Shown here in pieces: positions 7,389 to 10,470 of a stretch of 10,470 bases of DNA. A model generated the notes under the pieces. It was not told where the DNA came from and searched no databases. It worked only from the letters and a program-made list of their open reading frames with translations. The stretch's first letter is position 1. The number at the start of each line of letters is the position of its first letter. A program made the position numbers and the translations under genes. This DNA comes from Candidatus Bathyarchaeia archaeon (GTDB lineage: Archaea; Thermoproteota; Bathyarchaeia; Bathyarchaeales; Bathycorpusculaceae): contig JAVZNT010000023.1 in the NCBI GenBank assembly GCA_038882655.1, positions 1 through 10,470 of the forward strand. Reading direction: 5' to 3'.

Positions 7389-8207
7389 ATGCCAACAAGC
7401 ATAAAAGTGGAAAAACTTCAAGAAGGGCTAAAAACAAGGCTTATCGGAAAATACATTTTATTCGCTCATGAAGTCGGCTCGACCAACGACTGGGCTAGGG
7501 AGTTGATGGAACTGGGCGCCCCAGAAGGAACAGTTGCCATAGCTGAAACCCAAACCACCGGGCGGGGAAGACTTGGCAGAGAATGGATTTCGCCAAAAGG
7601 CGGCTTATGGTTCTCAATAATTCTCAAACCAAAGATTAAGCCACCAGAAACTGTTAAGCTCGTGTTTTTAGCTGGCCTAGCTGTTGCAGAAACCATACGT
7701 GAATTGTACGGCTTGGAGGCCGAAACCAAGTGGCCCAACGATGTTCTAATTAATGGTCGAAAGGTTTGCGGCATACTATCCGAGATGAAAACAATGGGCG
7801 AAAAGGTTGATTACACAATAATCGGTATAGGCGTAAACGCTAATCTGGACATTGAAAAGGATTTTCCAAAAGAGCTTAGGGAAACTGCAACTTCCATCCA
7901 GAAAGCCTTGAATAGAAAAATCGCCCTTGAAGAGCTTTTTAAGGCTTTATTGGAAAAAGTGGATAGCCTATACCAAATTTTCCTTAAAGAAGGATTCACG
8001 CCAATCCTGGAAGAATGGAAGAGTTACGCTTCCTTTCTAGGCTGTGAAGTGAAGATCTTAAGTGATGGCGACGGGCTTAAAGGCATAGCTTCTGACGTTG
8101 ACAATGACGGGGCACTAGTTTTAAGGCTTAAAGATAGTTCTGTAAAACGTATTTTCGCCGGGGAAGTTTCCTTACAACGCTTGAAATTAAAACCACATGG
8201 ACTTTGA
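7389..8207 (+). CDS. birA: Biotin--protein ligase (no N-terminal HTH domain)
   Basis: STND, AETQTTGRGRLGREW, KWPND, KVCGIL, IGIGVN and C-terminal SH3-like DNDGALVL...GEVSL; starts 2 nt after the MFS stop. Confidence 0.95.
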   Translation: MPTSIKVEKLQEGLKTRLIGKYILFAHEVGSTNDWARELMELGAPEGTVAIAETQTTGRGRLGREWISPKGGLWFSIILKPKIKPPETVKLVFLAGLAVAETIRELYGLEAETKWPNDVLINGRKVCGILSEMKTMGEKVDYTIIGIGVNANLDIEKDFPKELRETATSIQKALNRKIALEELFKALLEKVDSLYQIFLKEGFTPILEEWKSYASFLGCEVKILSDGDGLKGIASDVDNDGALVLRLKDSSVKRIFAGEVSLQRLKLKPHGL

Positions 8208-8600
8208 ATACTCAATGTATTTTTGTATGATATTTGTTACAGAGTTTTCTTCACTCATGCTAGAATGGCGTGAGTATAAGTAGAAAACTTGCACCCTGTT
8301 GTCGCTGAAAATTTTGGAGATCTGCGTTCGTAATCCTACATGCCTACCTTCAAGACGTGTGAACTGAGTAGCGATTTCCTTAATTTCAGACTCGAGAGCC
8401 CTTTTCTGCTCCTCCAACGCTTTGATTTTCCGCAGGAGTTGTTCCTCTGAGTAGGGGGACGTCATTCCAAGATGTATAACTTTCTGAATAAATGCAGCAT
8501 CACCTACTGAAACCTTCAGCTTTTCAGCGAGTTCCAAAATTCCACAGCGTTGGTTAACATAAATCGCTTTCTGGCTCTTCTTTAGTCCAACTTTAACCAA
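8187..8600 (-). CDS. Hypothetical coiled-coil protein (137 aa)
   Basis: Heptad pattern LLRKIKALEEQKRALESEIKEIATQFTRLEG; overlaps the upstream gene by 8 nt, consistent with an operon. Confidence 0.65.
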   Translation of the reverse strand: MVKVGLKKSQKAIYVNQRCGILELAEKLKVSVGDAAFIQKVIHLGMTSPYSEEQLLRKIKALEEQKRALESEIKEIATQFTRLEGRHVGLRTQISKIFSDNRVQVFYLYSRHSSMSEENSVTNIIQKYIEYSKSMWF

Positions 8601-8883
8601 AACTGTTCACACTCTTTCTGTTTAAGATGGTTTCAAGTTTTTTCCGATCTTCAATCAACTCATTCAGCATTCTTTCTTCCCTTTTTATGTCGTTTGGCAA
8701 CTCCGTTATCCGCTTCCTTAAATATGCTATCCTCTCTTCAAGAGACCGCACTTCCTGTACAAGAAATTGAATCTTGAGCGTGAGCAACCCTTTACGGATT
8801 ATGTTTTCCGTTTGGTCTCCGAGGTTTTCATATAACTGTGTCGGAATAATAATCTTAACACGTTTATCTTCACCCTTACTCAT
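8593..8883 (-). CDS. Hypothetical protein, possible ribbon-helix-helix-like N-terminus plus coiled coil (96 aa)
   Basis: ATGA overlap with the upstream stop and a GGAGGT RBS; KRVKIIIPTQLYENL...IIRKGL pattern followed by heptad repeats. Confidence 0.7.
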   Translation of the reverse strand: MSKGEDKRVKIIIPTQLYENLGDQTENIIRKGLLTLKIQFLVQEVRSLEERIAYLRKRITELPNDIKREERMLNELIEDRKKLETILNRKSVNSFG

Positions 8884-9581
8884 CTATGAACCTCCCGTAA
8901 CTTTAACCCCCTCCTACCGACGATTTTTTGAATGCTTCTCAATGGCACGTCTTCCACATCTTTTCGATTTAAGTCTGAGAACTCATAGCTTTGTCTCCTG
9001 ACATATTCTGAGAGTTCTGATTTGAGATGTTGGAGATTTTTTTCTTCAACATCAACGATGGTTGTGATGATTTCTTGGTTATTTACCGTATCCTTTAATG
9101 AGTTAAGTAAAAATGTGAAATGAGGGATACAAAGACCTTTAGAATCCTTGAAAAGTTTGAGAAATTCTTCCTCATATGACGAGAGTAGCTCCACAACTCT
9201 TTTGATGTAAATCTCCATAAAACTGTCTAAATGGGCGCATACAGGACAGTTGACTGTTCGGGTGAAACTCTTCTCGCATTTCTTTCTTTGCTTATGTAAG
9301 TCTTGGAGAAGTTTTTCTGTGATGCTTTGAGTGATTAGGGCTATTCCGTGGCCGTCAGAGCTTTCCGGTTTTGTGGCGGTTATAAGCATTCTGTAAAAGT
9401 GGTGGTTGCAAAATCCTCCGCTTTCAATAAGTTTTTCCCTCGCTTTGGCATCCATGACAAGCTCGGAAAGATAATCATCTATGTATTTCCTTTCAATCTC
9501 ATCCTCAAGTGCACATAGAAAACATTCCGCTCCGCTTTTGATCATCCTCTCGATGTGGAAGTATGTTACATCAACGCTCAT
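8880..9581 (-). CDS. DUF6062-like protein with two CxxC...GxCxxH putative zinc sites
   Basis: CFLC...VMD...R..L...GGFCNHH and CPVC...GLCIPHF match the pattern I recall for DUF6062 (not search-verified). ATG 9581 is 5 nt after a GGTGA that overlaps the upstream TGA (the ORF track starts at 9593). Confidence 0.75.
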   Translation of the reverse strand: MSVDVTYFHIERMIKSGAECFLCALEDEIERKYIDDYLSELVMDAKAREKLIESGGFCNHHFYRMLITATKPESSDGHGIALITQSITEKLLQDLHKQRKKCEKSFTRTVNCPVCAHLDSFMEIYIKRVVELLSSYEEEFLKLFKDSKGLCIPHFTFLLNSLKDTVNNQEIITTIVDVEEKNLQHLKSELSEYVRRQSYEFSDLNRKDVEDVPLRSIQKIVGRRGLKLREVHR

Positions 9582-9586
9582 GCAAA

Positions 9587-10462
9587 TCACCACTGTTCCT
9601 CAATCGTTTTTAATATGCTTACAGCGTAGAAAGTATCCTCAAAACTGGATATTCCGAGGTCTGACCTTGCAAATCCGCCGTTTGCGTTCTGGCATTTAAG
9701 AACAAGTTCGGCTGTCTGTTTTGGGTATCTTAGGCTTTCGCCAAGAAGATTAAGCGTTGTCGCTCCATAGTATATGTGCTCCATGTATGAAGTGAAAGCG
9801 CTTGGAACGACTGTGAATCCTCCATAAGGCTTTTCACAAGCCCTGACATAATCCAGAGTCTCCCTTAACGACTTAACAGGATAACCAAGATTGAAAAGCG
9901 AAGCCACAGCATGATATGTTGAATTCAAATTTGAGTGCGCGTGTGCTCCAAAACCACCGTCGTCATTCTTGAAGCTCAAAAGCCAATCTATAATTTTCTT
10001 ACGGTTAACCTCTACACTAACCATGTTAGCAAGCTCGACCGCCATCAACACCGAGAGAAATTCTGAGGCTACCTCAGCATAAACGTCAACTGTTCCAAAA
10101 TCGCCCCTAACAACTGGCAATGAAAGAACAAACTTTTTCAAACGCTTTTCATCAAGCTCTTCATTGCAGAGTTTTAAGGCTTTAGCCACATAATAATGCG
10201 AATAAAGGTTGTCCGAGACGAAACTACGCAACCACCTTACAGTCTTTTCAGCATTTGGAAAAGAAAAGCTTAACAAACCCAAGATTGCCAGTCCATAATA
10301 TGTGTCCTGCGCGTTTGACTCAGTGCCTTGACAAAAAGTGTAGCCGCCATCTTCATTCTGCCGGCTAACAACGTAGTCAACAACACGCTTAACCAACAAG
10401 TCTGTAAACTGTCCATTCACCAAAAGAGCTAACCGCCCCGCTTCCCGCAACCCAATACCCAC
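9587..10462 (-). CDS. Prenyltransferase/squalene oxidase repeat (alpha/alpha barrel) protein
   Basis: Repeats RQNEDGGY, FKNDDGGFG, CEKPYGGF, CQNANGGF, each followed by an S-x-x-x-x-(T/I)-(Y/F)-(Y/H)...L helix. The start is uncertain (GTG 10462 or GTG 10420); there is an in-frame TAG directly upstream of 10462. Confidence 0.85.
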   Translation of the reverse strand: MGIGLREAGRLALLVNGQFTDLLVKRVVDYVVSRQNEDGGYTFCQGTESNAQDTYYGLAILGLLSFSFPNAEKTVRWLRSFVSDNLYSHYYVAKALKLCNEELDEKRLKKFVLSLPVVRGDFGTVDVYAEVASEFLSVLMAVELANMVSVEVNRKKIIDWLLSFKNDDGGFGAHAHSNLNSTYHAVASLFNLGYPVKSLRETLDYVRACEKPYGGFTVVPSAFTSYMEHIYYGATTLNLLGESLRYPKQTAELVLKCQNANGGFARSDLGISSFEDTFYAVSILKTIEEQW

Positions 10463-10470
10463 CTAAACGC

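Noticed and set aside
3879-8215. Minus-strand ORFs opposite accC, accB, mce, MFS and birA (including the 180-aa 5970..6512) and the plus-strand alternative frame 6234..6482
   Set aside because: They overlap well-supported genes and have shadow-like composition with no motifs.
8774-9699. Plus-strand ORFs 8774..9001 and 9481..9699
   Set aside because: Antisense to the coupled minus-strand operon, which has RBS and overlap support.
9587-10462. Squalene-hopene cyclase or true protein geranylgeranyltransferase
   Set aside because: Too short for a cyclase, no DxDD, no zinc-ligand motif and no alpha subunit in the window.
10429-10470. Possible 3' end of an upstream minus-strand gene (…AFRWVLGCGKRGG*)
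   Set aside because: Only 13 codons are visible, too few to support a feature.
1-10470. tRNA, rRNA, CRISPR array, transposase/integrase or terminal repeats
   Set aside because: None seen by eye; the window is almost fully coding and the longest intergenic gap is about 150 nt.

Overview
Probably archaeal DNA (TATA/BRE-like promoters, GGTGA/GGAGG ribosome-binding sites, archaeal-style SdhA and AccC; Bathyarchaeia-like is my impression, not a search result), containing three blocks. (1) A self-contained minus-strand two-gene operon: a succinate dehydrogenase/fumarate reductase flavoprotein and an Fe-S subunit fused to two CCG (heterodisulfide reductase HdrD/HdrB-like) domains, with no membrane-anchor genes. 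This resembles thiol:fumarate reductase TfrAB in architecture. (2) A divergent plus-strand cluster: biotin carboxylase, biotin carboxyl carrier protein, methylmalonyl-CoA epimerase, an MFS transporter and biotin-protein ligase. With block 1 this suggests a methylmalonyl-CoA (propionate-succinate-fumarate) module, although the carboxyltransferase and mutase are not in the window. (3) A convergent, tightly coupled minus-strand operon of unknown function: a prenyltransferase/squalene-oxidase-repeat barrel protein, a DUF6062-like double CxxC/CxxH protein and two apparently paralogous coiled-coil proteins. A small ORF with a Cys/His-rich tail sits at the left edge. I saw no RNA genes, CRISPR arrays or mobile elements.
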